Shown here: in pieces, positions 26,918 through 38,872 of the stretch
Numbering within the stretch: the stretch's first letter is position 1
How the letters are laid out: every line of letters starts with the position of its first letter
DNA from: Vicugna vicugna
Taxonomy: Eukaryota
Assembly: GCA_013265495.1 (NCBI GenBank)
Contig: MU058213.1
Span: forward strand, 5,787,149 to 5,851,148
Direction of reading: 5' to 3'
DNA length: 64,000 nt
The notes under the pieces: model-generated
What the model was told of the DNA's origin: nothing
The model's database searches: none
The model's input: only the letters and a program-made list of their open reading frames with translations
Program-made: the position numbers and the translations under genes

Positions 26918-29900
26918 GCTACTTACAGATACTTCAGGGTCTGCTTTGCATATAAATTTTTAATACAGGTTAATTTTTTAAATGATACAAAACTGCATGA
27001 GTACTATGATGTAAACTCTTAACAACAGGCATTCTAAAAGACTGAATGATGAATATTAAAAAGTGATAAAACTGTATTAGAGAAGGAATTAGGAATTTTT
27101 AAATTCTATTAGATGATGTTTGGTTATGATGTTCCAGTGTTTCAACTTCTAAAAATACGTTTATTTATCCATATTTTGTAACTAACAGATTTCAAAAGAA
27201 ACTAGGTCTGGAAGCAATATAATTTTAGCAATATTTGCAAAGCACTTTACAGTCTCTTCAGCATTTTTACAAACTTAGCCTACTTCTTAGAAAAAGTAGT
27301 AGTATATTACTATCCCACTCAATTCCTAATTATAAGATTCTATCTGTATTCTTTTGAAAACTAAATCCAAAGTTCAAAGTTCAAAGATGTGTATGTGTGT
27401 ATTCTTTGCCATCATCGATGCAAGAAGAGATAAATGGAAAGGTAATTCTGCTCCACAAATCATACATGTACATTTGCCTCAAATGCAGAGATCACAGTTT
27501 CCCCCAACTGGTCTCTGAAATAGGAATTTTACAATTCACGTATGAATCAATGGTATCAAGCATATTCTTGAACTGAAGATTCTAATTTCAACTTAAAGAG
27601 AGTAAATATATACTTGTAAAGGAAAAATATAGTTGATAATGTATCTTTACATCTAATTTCTCCCCTCTGCTCCAAATTCACCAAACTTATACATCCCAAC
27701 TATCTGGAGCAAAGCTTCCCAAACGACTAGCCACAGATTACTGAAGGACTGTGCAAAGCTTTAACCAACCCCAAACAAAAGTTCTAGCTTGCAAGGAGGA
27801 TAAAATCTGACTTTGACACACATGCTAACCTATAACCTCCTATCTAGATTCAGAATTTTAGACATTTTCAACTTCAAAGACTGAGGTCCTCAAAGTTCTA
27901 TAAAATCAAACTCTTCCCAATACAACAGCCTCTAAGGTCCAAATTCAACCCAGAGAGTGAGCCCTCAAGAAATTTTGATACTTTCACATCAAACTTTTGC
28001 CAAGTTTTACCAGTTTTTCTTCCATGTAATGTCTTGTTCTACCCTTACTTATTTTTACAATCACTACCCTAGTCCAGGACTCAATCACCCAGTTCATCAA
28101 GCAGCTAATTTATTTCTTACTGTATCATATCCCAACTGCTCAACCAACCAAAATTCCAAATACTCTACCTCATGGTTATCATGGCCTATTATGTGAATAA
28201 TCAGAGTGTCAGTTATCATCGTCCTGTTAGCATCTCTCCTTATTTCCTGCCTTGGATTCTCCATTCCAGGCAAGTAAACCTACACGCCCCTTACTAGACT
28301 GTATGCCATTCCCTTCTACCTCAAAAAGCTCTCCCCAACTGGCTGATGTCCTTCCAGCTTAATAAATTCTCATTTCAACTGCAACTACAATACATATTTA
28401 GAACTCTATTTTTATATCTTGGCATTTCTGTCTACTCTGACAAACTGTGTTTTTTACTTTTCTTCCCACTCTAGGCTGTGGCATCATGACTCCTAGAGTC
28501 ACAGACATACAATAAACTCTGGTGACTAAACAGCAATGCTCTCACTGTACATGTTCTCACATTGTTTAGCTGGAATTGTAGTAGCTTCAGGATGAATTCT
28601 CCCAGTATCAAAAGGAATCTCCATTCCCTGAGAACTGTTCTCAGTACTGCTGTTTCCCGCAGCCCAGCTAGGACAGGACTGTCCCCACTAGCATTAAACT
28701 GAGGCCTTCACACTACTAGACAGCAATGTTACTACCCTCATAGGAATCTAACTGGTAGGACTGCTCCATATTTTCCATTCATCCTTAGCATTGCTTCCTT
28801 TCCCTAGTACAAAAATTGATAGCTAAACTAAGTTAGGACTAACAATGCTGGATTTTTATTCACAACAAGTAGACTTCAGAGTTGCCTGAAGAATCAATAA
28901 CGATCATTAAATAAATCAATTCCTTCTTTAAAAAAAAACAAACAAACAAACCTGGGGCTCTTTACCCAAGCCTGTCACATAGAGTTGCCCATGTGAAACA
29001 GACAAAATATAAATCAAGTCCTACAATCTGGAGTGTATGCCCTGTGATTTGGAGCTCAGATTTGAACGTACCATGTGTTTCTCTGCTCACAACCTTTCAT
29101 ATCTACGATTTGTTTCCTGCAACTAGCGGCCACGTAGGCCTCTCATTCAAACTTTGTGTTAGCAGTTGCAGCAGTTATAGACTGCCCTTGCCCTGCCCTC
29201 AAATCTCTCTACACAAACTCCATTTTTGATACTCCATACAGACTACATTTGAAGCTAGGCCACCCTAAAAATATACCTCCAACTTTGGCAAAATCTTCCT
29301 GACCATTAGAATGTAATACAATTCAAAGACAGACAATAAATTTAACTTCATATGAATCATCAAGTCACCAAAACTGTAATGTAATATACAGCAGCTACTT
29401 ACTACAAACTAACAATAAAACACAGTATCAGGAGACTTTGTCATCTAATTCTTACCTTTAAATACAGAAAGTACTTTTTCTTCACTGATAATTTACATTT
29501 CTGGAGAGAATATTATAATTGGACATTTTAGGGTATGTTTAAAATCAATAACCTAGTATATTAGTTTAGAACCAGAGTACTCATGATTCAAATTTCAGAA
29601 GTGATCCACCTGAAGCCTAAGGAATGTGCATTTTATTTGCTGTGTCTTTCTGGTTACTCATCAGTTTCTTCTCACCATTCTACTTAGCCTCACTTTAACT
29701 AATACATCATCCCAACTGCATCATCCCAATTGTTCCAAAAGTAACAGGGCAATCTCAACACTAAACTCTACAAAGCCAAAACAAACATTAAAAAACAAAA
29801 CAACGACAAAAAACTTACTAAAGCTCACATATTTTACTCCACAGAAGATTCAGAGCTTATTTATTCCACTTTACATGCAAATGTCAAGTACGATTACCCA

Positions 29901-30379
29901 CAGAAAATATATTATAAACAACTAAAGAGAAGGTGATATCCTCAAGGTCTGCAAGAAAACCAGGAAATTTAACCAAAAAGTTGGAAATACTATTAAAACT
30001 AGATACAAGAATAAGAAACACGATCATCTAGAGTAAATTTAGAATGTCCATTTCAATTGTTTCTGGAAAAATTAAAAACAGAAACTACAAGAGAGCCCCA
30101 AACAATGAGTTGTTCTTATACTAAACCTCAACCATTTAAGAAAATATTAAACCCTGTCCATTTTAGGGACACAGTAAATATGTAACACTCTTAGAAAAAC
30201 TTTCATCAAAAACAGCCAAAATTTTACAGTCTGGTCCCAGAGACTTGTTACACAGCAATCTTCTCTTTGCCAAACCTGTCGTCTACCAACAATGTTAGAA
30301 AAATGCTTATTGTTGAATTTATTATTCCGTTTCATTGTCTTAATTCCAAAAGCAGAGTTTATATTTATAACCCACTCTT

Positions 30380-31215
30380 TTTAAATTGAAGTATAGTCAG
30401 TTTACAATATTGAGTCAATTTCTAGTGTACAGCATTAATACCTCAGTCATACATATACATACATACATTCCTTTTTATATTCTTTTCCATTATAGGTTAC
30501 CACAAGATATTGAATATAGTTCCATGTGCTGTACAGTAAAGACTTGTTGTTTATCTATTCTATGTTAAGTATTCAGTATCTTCAAATCTGGAACTCCAGT
30601 TTATTCCTTCCCACCTCGTAACCACAAGTTTGTTTTCTATATCTGTGAATCTGTCTCTGTTTTGCAAATAAGTTCACTTCCGTCTTTTTTTTTTTTTTTT
30701 TTTTTCTCTTTTTTGCAAATAATTTTCCTTCCTTTTTTTTTTTTTTTTAGATTCAACAAGTAAATGATAGCATATGGTATTTTTCTCTCTTTCTGGCTTA
30801 CTTTACTCAGAATGATGATCTCTAGGCCCATCCATGTTGCTGCAAATGGCATTACTTTATTCTTTTTATGGCTGAGTAGTAGTCCATTGTATAAATATAC
30901 TACAACTTCTTTACCCAGTCATCTGTCGATGGACATTTAGGTTGTTTCCATGTCTTGGTTATTGAAAACAGTGCTGCTATGAAGATTGGGATAGTTCCCT
31001 CTGGATATCTGCCCAGGAGTGGGATTGCTGGATCATATGCTAAGTATATTTTTAGTTTTTTAAGGAATCTCCATACTGTTTTCTCGTAATGGCTACACCA
31101 AACTACATTCCCACCAACAGGGTAGGAGGGTTCCCTGTTCTCCACACCCTCTCCAGCGTTTATCGTTTGCGGACTTTTTAATGACGGTCATTCTGACTGT
31201 GTGAAGTGGTATCTC
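30380..31215 (-). mobile_element. 5'-truncated LINE-1 (ORF2 C-terminus and 3'UTR)
   Basis: Minus ORFs 30900-31145 (YDPAIPLLG...[14 protein letters not shown]) and 30637-30852 (PFAATWMGLE). TSD TATAACCCA(C/T)TCTT at 30366-30379 and 31216-31229. Confidence 0.92.
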
Positions 31216-34200
31216 TATAACCCATTCTTACAAGAAAAAAAATTATTTATACGATCTTCAATCATTTTTTTGTGTGTGAGTCTCATCCCAGTTAAAAAAG
31301 AAGTAGTTTTTTATTTGCTGACTGAGATGAAGAGATGTGAAAAAATTATAATCATCATTCTTTAGGACTTTCAAATTGTTACTATTATAAAAACAATGAT
31401 TTTTAAAATATCTAATAACCAAATGCTGGATAAAAAGTATTATATATGCCACAGTTTTTATTAACAAATTTTTAGGACTTTTGAAAAAATTAAGAATTAC
31501 AAACAATATATTAGAAGTTGGATAAGTGGTCACAGTCCAAAAAACTTTTTTTTTTAAAGGTTGGAGTCATCCATGCAAGGTGAACCTGAGGCAGAGATGC
31601 AAATAAAATATACCTACAAGGACTGAGGCAGGTAACAAAAAATTAGTGCAGCAGGCTAAGCATTATCACCAGTCAGGGTGAGGGGAACCGCGCTGACTGC
31701 ACACGCCCGATCTACAAAGGGCAGCTACTACTCTTCCACTCTGCTCCAAATGATGGGAATACAGCCTACCAGTGACTGGATTTTCAAGTCATCCCTAAAA
31801 ATCCAGAAATCCATAAACCTCATAGAGAAAGTTCTCAATTTTTTAATGTTGATTACTAGTTGAAATTCTTAGACACTGCAAATCAAACAAAACACATCTC
31901 TAAGTGGTTCAGTCCAGAGGCCACCTTTAGGCTAATACATGAAAACTGCTTTCAAAAAGGTATGAGGGGGCGATGAATAAAAAGCTCTGCCTTTGAGATC
32001 AAACTGGTTTGGGTCTGAATGTCTAGTTTACCACTTAGCAGGTGGATGATGATAGAAAAATTATTTCTTCAAGCCTGTTTCTTCAAATGCAAAATATCAC
32101 CACTCTCTCATAAATGTTGAAAATTGAAACTTTTAACATAGTATCAGACACACAGCCGACATTATAGAAATGTCCCTTACACTGACTTCTCCACCCTGCA
32201 AGTCTGTAGGTATAACTTAAAAGATACCAGATAATAAACACTCTGAAAGACCTTAAACAAGTTATAAAAAGGAGATCAGAAAACTGAGAGATGCTTGTCA
32301 TGCTCATTTCCCTCAAGCTCTGCTACTCAGAGGTCCTATACATACACAGGGAAGATACTGTTAATGTAGGGGATGGCTTGAAATGGGCCTTCTTAAAATG
32401 ATACAGCTAACTGGATTATCAATCTCAAGTTAAAAAGCTGAAGAGTCAGAGTCCCTTAAAGCTAAAGACAAAAAGTCTGTCTCTTATTAATTTCACAGAC
32501 TTGCTGGTATAAGTGAAATAGCTTAAGCTTTGATATTTTTAAAACTTTTAGCCAAACTTCCAGAAAAATTTCTATGTAATGCATGGAACAAAGCATTTAT
32601 ACCAGATTTTTCAGCGTAAAAAAAATGTCATAATCTAAAGTTCATTTAAAGTACGATTTCATTAAACTGAACATTATGGAACTGAATTTACTGCTACAGT
32701 TAAAATATCTTTTGACCTCTCAAACACACCAATTAGTTTTGTTTTAAGGAAGAAAAGAAAAGACAATAACTTGTCAACATTTTTTTTTTAAAGTAATACT
32801 CACACATACATAAAAATTCATTGGGCTATACCTAATCACAATAGTTTCAATACATTTCTAATATGGTTACAAATAACAAGGAAAAGCACTTACATATATT
32901 TGAGTACATGTCTATATAGACACTTACTGAACTCTAGAAAAGTTATGGTATCGTCCTACAAATACAATATAGGCTGGGACATGTGCTAGAAATGGAGAGC
33001 AGTAGGAAAGTTTAAGTTTTATGACTCTAAACACACTACTTCTCTTTTCCAGCTTCCCACCCCTCACATTAAGTGCAAGAAAAACTAATGCAATATAGTG
33101 ACAGACAAATTGGACGGGGGAAACAACTGAAAAAGGATTAAGTACCTAAAAATCCACTACAGTGTCTCCTAATCTACACAAACATATTCATTCTCTCATA
33201 TGAGAATATGAATGTATTCTATTCTACATATCATTCTCATATAAACTTCTTACAAACCAGATCATAAATAGCTCTGATTTGTAGATTAAAATATTATATT
33301 AAATAAAATTACAAGTATCTCCACGTACCCAAAAGCTACAATCTTGACCACTAATTTTAAAATGAAAGAGTTCTTAGTCTTTTTGAAAAAGTTCTGCTTA
33401 AAACAAACATCAAAAAGTAAGTAGCCTTTTAACCAATGTTCAATACAAAATTACACTTTGTAGATGACTCCAGAGCTCTGAATTTAGAAAACTTTTGTTT
33501 AACAAGGGTCTTAGGCCACAAAGATTATCTTAGGCCACAAAGATAAAAAGTAAACTTACTTTTTCTTCAACCATAAGGCTACACTAGTTTCCATTCTTAC
33601 TGTTTCACGCTTGAAAAACAAAAGATATTATATATACTACTACTCTCAGTAGTTTAAACTGCCTCACATGGTTTGTCTTACTTTTTACTATCTCATAGAA
33701 ATCAGTGTCTAACAAAAAGTGAAAACGGACAGAAAAGTGATTTGTCAGAAGCCATATTTAAAACATAAATACAAATGTTAAAGAAAAGCACCTTATAGAG
33801 GGTCTGTAGCATACAACAGTTTAAACTAAACGTCTACTAGAAGCTCCTAACTTGAAATGTTTCTCTAGCAAATGAACACTACAAAGTCGAAAGTAGAAGT
33901 CTACCTACAAAGTATCATCCAGACTAAATAGAACACAGGACAAAAATAAGCGTGGTTGTGCAGACATAAGTCAAAGGGACAAAAAAGAAAAGAAACATTC
34001 CATGACATGAAATAGTCAGATACTTTCTAAATTATCAAATTAGTCTATAAGCATCCAAAGCATTCAGGAAAAAATTTCAATCCAAAGCTTTTAAACACAC
34101 TTTGAGGTCTTTAAGCATACTACGGGTAAGTCAAAAAGTTAACCTAAGATAAAGCACTTTACACAACAACCAAATGATGCAGCTGGTCCTGGAATACACT

Positions 34201-35215
34201 GGAAATAAAAATCATCTTCAAAACCCGAGTAATCAAGAAATTATATGCTTTTAGCAAACTTTAACTCCAATTTGGGGGGTGGAGGGTTGCCACTGTATTC
34301 ACAATCCACTAACTACACTAAATGTCTACTCCACCTGAGAGTTTAAGAAAACTCTTCAAGTTGGGTCACCCCGGGACCATACCTCTACAAGACCCAAAAT
34401 AACGCAGTCTACAGAACAAACAACATTTAGAACCGGCTTATCTTTCTCCCCACCAAACCCTTTCCCCTGGGCAACAGAATGTTTTCACTGAACATAAACA
34501 CACCCTCTTGCTCCCTCTCTCCAAACAACCGGGCAGGGGCAGGGCACTATGGAGAGCAGAAGCTGCCCGGCTCAGATAAGCAGAACACCACTATTACCCC
34601 TCTACTAGCGGCCCTTCTGCAGAACCGGGTCGGTCTGGATCGCCGCGGGCGGTAAAGAACAATACAGCCCTGCCTGGTTGCACACATCCCAACTTCCCAC
34701 GAGCCTACGCGGCGGTTCTCCGCGGCGCAGCGGACTCCGGAATTTGCAAACGGGCAGGAGCTGGGGGCGGAAGGGTGAAAAGGGTGAGCGCGGGACCAGG
34801 CTGGCAAACACCGCGGGCCCCACGGCAACTGCCTGCCTTGGCGCCCAGCGAGCCGGCTGGAGGGATGGTGCCACCGGCCTGGGCTCCACGGCTCTCGCCT
34901 GGAGACCCAGACCTCCCGACTGTGCTTCTCCGGCGGACGCTCCCCGCCTCCCCTGCCGCCCGGCCGGTAGAGGGCGGGGAAGGCCTCGCCGGAGGCTCGG
35001 AGCCTCCTCTGCCCGCCACGGAAGGGAACGCGGTCGGGACGCGGGGGACAATAGGGAGCGCGGAGCGCTGCGCGCCCGAGTGGCGCCGCCGGCCGGCCGG
35101 GCTGACTGACGCGCTTGTCTCGCGGCGCGACTGGGCTCCACTCGGCCCGGCCGCCGCTGCCGCCGCGCGGTCCGCCGTGGTCACGGCGCCCCCGGTGCTC
35201 GGGGTCGTGCCTCAC

Positions 35216-35267
35216 CTCCCAGCCCCGCCGCCCAAGAGAGGAGAATTAACACTCTCAGCAACACCAT
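35216..35267 (-). CDS. ADAM10: ADAM10 coding exon 1 (signal peptide MVLLRVLILLSWAAGLG)
   Basis: Minus strand ggaagATGGTGTTGCTGAGAGTGTTAATTCTCCTCTCTTGGGCGGCGGGGCTGGGAG|gtgagg. Strong Kozak (A-3, G+4); matches the ADAM10 N-terminus. Confidence 0.97.
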
Positions 35268-35294
35268 CTTCCGCTGCCGCCGCCTCCTCACGGG

Positions 35295-35309
35295 TTAACA
35301 GCAGCACAT
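35295..35309 (-). promoter_or_regulatory. Proximal uORF ATG TGC TGC TGT TAA (MCCC*)
   Basis: Direct read; the stop ends 27 nt before the ADAM10 ATG. Confidence 0.85.
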
Positions 35310-35562
35310 CGATCCGGAGGGAGAAGCTGAAGGGGCTTGGTCCGGAGCCTCCACGGGAAGCCGGGACCTCCCCCGGCAGGAGAAACGGCTAAGCACCTCC
35401 CTCTCGCCCCACTTCAGGGGCCGGCAAAGCTCCCAGCACCTCCAAAACAGGGACCTCCCTCCCCCTCGTTCGTTTCCTTCCTCCCTTGCCCGCTTTCCTT
35501 CCCTCGCTCCTTCCCTCTTCTCTACCTCCCTCCCCCGAGCCCGGGACCTCCGCCTCCTTCCT

Positions 35563-35750
35563 CGCCACGTGACCCCCGGGCGCCCAACGGGCAGGCAGAA
35601 CCGCACCCCTTCCTCCCGCCCCTCCCCCTCCCCCAGGCGCCCCAGGGGCGGGCGCATGCGCACGGGGGCCGGTTCCCGGTCTGCTAGGCCGGCCGCTGCT
35701 TCCTGTCCGCCGGCGGAGAGCTGGGATTGGGCTTGAGGGGCGGGGTTTCC
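35563..35750 (-). promoter_or_regulatory. ADAM10: TATA-less ADAM10 core promoter motifs
   Basis: E-box CACGTG at 35566-35571 (USF-type GTCACGTGG on minus). NRF1-type GCGCATGCGCA at 35652-35662. CCAAT on minus at 35726-35730. GC box GGGGCGGGG at 35737-35745. Confidence 0.65.
35606..35634 (-). promoter_or_regulatory. RNA G-quadruplex motif in the ADAM10 5'UTR (GGGGGAGGGGGAGGGGCGGGAGGAAGGGG)
   Basis: Five G-tracts of at least 3 G with short loops; positional equivalent of the translation-repressing G4 described for human ADAM10. Confidence 0.85.
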
Positions 35751-36272
35751 TGGGGCCCCTCCCACGGACCGGAGCGCAACTCTGCCGACTGTGCAAGGCT
35801 CGTTTTTACAGCTGCTGAGAGCGGTCCTTTGCGCTAAAATGCGAGAGTGAAGGTTGTTAAAGGGCGCCCCTTGCTACTTCTTAACTTCACAGGGAACGGA
35901 GGTTTTGGTTTCTTATTTTTCTTCCTCTCAGGGTGCACGACATCTACCAAGTAAACAAAAGCCAAGTCCCAACAAGCGGTAATTATATCGGCGTCGGCGC
36001 TGATGGTCAGAAGCTAAACGTAAAAACCTTCAAGCAGCAGAAAGACACAGCCTAAGGCACATTTCTCTGAACTCTACAAATCTGTGTTTCAAATCAGGCC
36101 TTACACATTTTAAAAGCGCGCTACCTAAACCATACGGTTCTAAATCTCCAGCCAGAGAAAAGTCTTACTACTGTCTCTGCTCATCTCTGAAGTGACCTAT
36201 CAATTCTCTTAACCCCAACTTCTTTGAAGCTCCTGTTTGGTTTCTCAGTAACTCACTTTGATTGCTTAAACT

Positions 36273-38872
36273 CGTAATAAACATAAGACCCTGAAACCAT
36301 AGACTCCTAGAAGAAAACAAGTGAAAAAGTTTAATGTTAGTCGTGGCAATGTTTTTTTGGATGTGACACCAAAAGTACAAGCAACAAAAGCAAAAATAAG
36401 TAAGTGGGCCTACCTAAACAGTACCATAGACTAAATGGATCTAATAAACATACACATAATTTCACATAATAGCATCAGAACACACATTTTTCAAGTGTGC
36501 ATGGAACATTCTCCAGGATGGATCACGTTAGGTCCCAAAACACATCTTAACGAATTAAGAAGATTGAAATCATACCAAGTTACCTTTTCTGATGATAATA
36601 GAATGAAACTAGTAATCAATAAGAAAAGGAAAACTGTAAAGTTCACAAACATGTTAAAAGTAAACAACACAATTTTAAACAATCATTAAAGAAATCAAAA
36701 AAGAAATTCAAAAATAATCTCAAGGTAAATAAAAACAAAAATATAACATACCAAAACTTCTGATTTAACAAAGTCAGTACTAAGAAGGAAGTTTATAGTG
36801 ATAAACATCTATATTGAAAAAGAGCACAAATATCCTATCTTTTATACCTCCAGGTACTAGAAAAAGAACTAAGCTCAAAGATACCAGAAGAAAATAATAA
36901 AGAATAGATAGATAAATAAATGAAACAGAATAAAATAAAGAAGAGAAAAAATCATGGAAGCTAAGAATTTGTTTTTTGAAAAGTTAAAAATAATGGACTC
37001 TTAGCAAGACCAGCTATGAAAAGAAACACAAAAGACAAATATAAAAAATCAGATGTACAAGAACATAACAAATGGAGCCCCAAGTTCCTAGAAACATACA
37101 CGCTATTATGACTGACTCATAAAGAAATAGAAAATCTGAATAGACCAGTAACAAACAGCTAAATTGAATCAAAAACCATCCAACAAATGAAAGCCCTGGG
37201 CAAGGTGGCTTCACTGGTGAATTCTACCAAATATTTAATGAAGAACTAATGCCAATCCTTCTCAAACTTTTCCAAAAAGTTAAAGAGAAAGGAACACTTC
37301 CAAACCCAGTTTACAAGGCCAGCATTACCCTGATACCAAAACCAAACAAGAAACGAAAACTAAAGACCAATATGCCTTATAAACATTGATGCAAACTGGT
37401 CAACAAAATACTATCAAACTGAAGTCAACAGCACATCAAAATATCAAACATCATAACTAAACAGGATTTATCCTTAAAATGCCAGAATGGTTCAACATAC
37501 ACAAATCTAAATTCTTGGGGTTTAATTTAGTAGACAGTTATGTCATATGCTACTAAGGATAATTTTATTTTTCCAATATGTGTATCTTTTCTTTCAGTCT
37601 CACTTTATAATATTTCTTCCAATATTATTTTTTAAATCATTCAACTGTCTAGGTTGAATATGTAAGGTCAATTGTATAGGCAGTCAAGATTTAACACATT
37701 TATGTGAATATAGGAATTATATGTTATAGAATTATGCAAGAACAAATAATTTTTTTTTAATTTTGGAAAAAAAAAATAAGTGGGCCTACATCAAACTAAA
37801 AAGCTTTGGCACTGTAAAAGAAAGAGTCAACAAAATGAAAAGGCAACCTTCAGAATGAGAGAAAATATCTGCAAATTCTATCTCTAACAGAAAGTTAATT
37901 TCTAAAATATATATGGTTAAAAAATATGAAAATGAATATATGTATGTTCCTATATGACTGAAGTATTGTGCTGTACACCAGATATTGACACAACATTGTA
38001 AACTGACTATACTTCAATAAAAATATATTTAAAAAGAGAAAATGGGCAGAATAATTTAACATTTTTCCAAAGAAAACATCCAGATGATCAAGAGATACAT
38101 GAAAATATCCTCAACAGCACTCATCATTAGGAAAATGCAAATCAAAACCACAATGAGATATCACCTCACTCTTAGAATGTCTATCTTCAAAAAGACAAGA
38201 GACAAGTGTTAGCAAGGATGTAGAGAAAAGGGAACCCTGGTGCACTGTTGGTGGGAATATAAATTGGTGAAGACATTACAGAAAACAGCAGGGAGTTTCC
38301 TCAAAAAATTTAAAAGTACCATATGATCTAGCAACCCTATTTCTGGGTATATAACCAAAGGAAATGAAATCAGGATCTTGAAGAGAAATCGGCACTCCCA
38401 CGTTCATTGCAACATTATTCACAGTAGCCATGATATGGAAAAAAACCCAAGTGTCCATCTATGGATGAATGGATAAAGAAGATGTGGTATGTATACATAA
38501 TATTCAGCCATGAGAAAGAAGGAATTCTTGCCATCAGGGATGAACCTTGAGGGATTATGCTAAGTAAAATAAGCCAGACAAAGAAAGACAAATACCATGT
38601 GACCTCATTTATATGTGGAATCTAAAAAAGCCAAACTCATAGAAACAGAGAGTAAAATGGTGGTTACCAGGGCTGGGAGGCGGGGGAAATGGGGAGATGT
38701 TGGTCAAAGGGTTCAAACTTCCAGTTACAAGATGAGGAGGTTCTGGGGACTCTGACTATAGTTAATAATACTGGTAATCATTTTGCAGTAATAAGTGTAT
38801 CAAATCAACATGTACACAACTTAAACTTACACAGTGTTATATGTCAACTATATTTCAATAAAGCTGGAAAAT
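36273..38872 (+). mobile_element. LINE-1 3' portion (host) interrupted by nested insertions at 36414-37776 and ~37914-38022
   Basis: L1 ORF2 3' sequence resumes after a duplicated TAAGTGGGCCTAC and ends aataaagctggaaaa at ~38857-38872. Confidence 0.85.

Larger units (their letters stand above)
7591..35215 (-). other. ADAM10: ADAM10 intron 1 (27,625 nt)
   Basis: GT donor at 35215 (GAG|GTGAGG) and AG acceptor at 7592-7591; the reading frame is preserved across the junction. Confidence 0.93.
35268..35700 (-). other. ADAM10: ADAM10 long GC/purine-rich 5'UTR (TSS position approximate)
   Basis: Resembles the known ~440-nt repressive human ADAM10 5'UTR as recalled (ggcctagcag, gcgcatgcgc, G-tract, gtcacgtgg, ggatcgatgtgctgctgttaa). 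Confidence 0.75.
34560..36000. promoter_or_regulatory. ADAM10: CpG island spanning the ADAM10 promoter, exon 1 and start of intron 1
   Basis: Abrupt switch to very GC- and CpG-rich sequence around exon 1. Confidence 0.92.

Noticed and set aside
34547..35796. Several long overlapping ORFs (116-222 aa) on both strands
   Set aside because: Stop-poor GC-rich CpG island with low-complexity R/P/G/A translations and no recognisable domain. Only the ATG-initiated uORF in the ADAM10 sense direction is kept as a lead.
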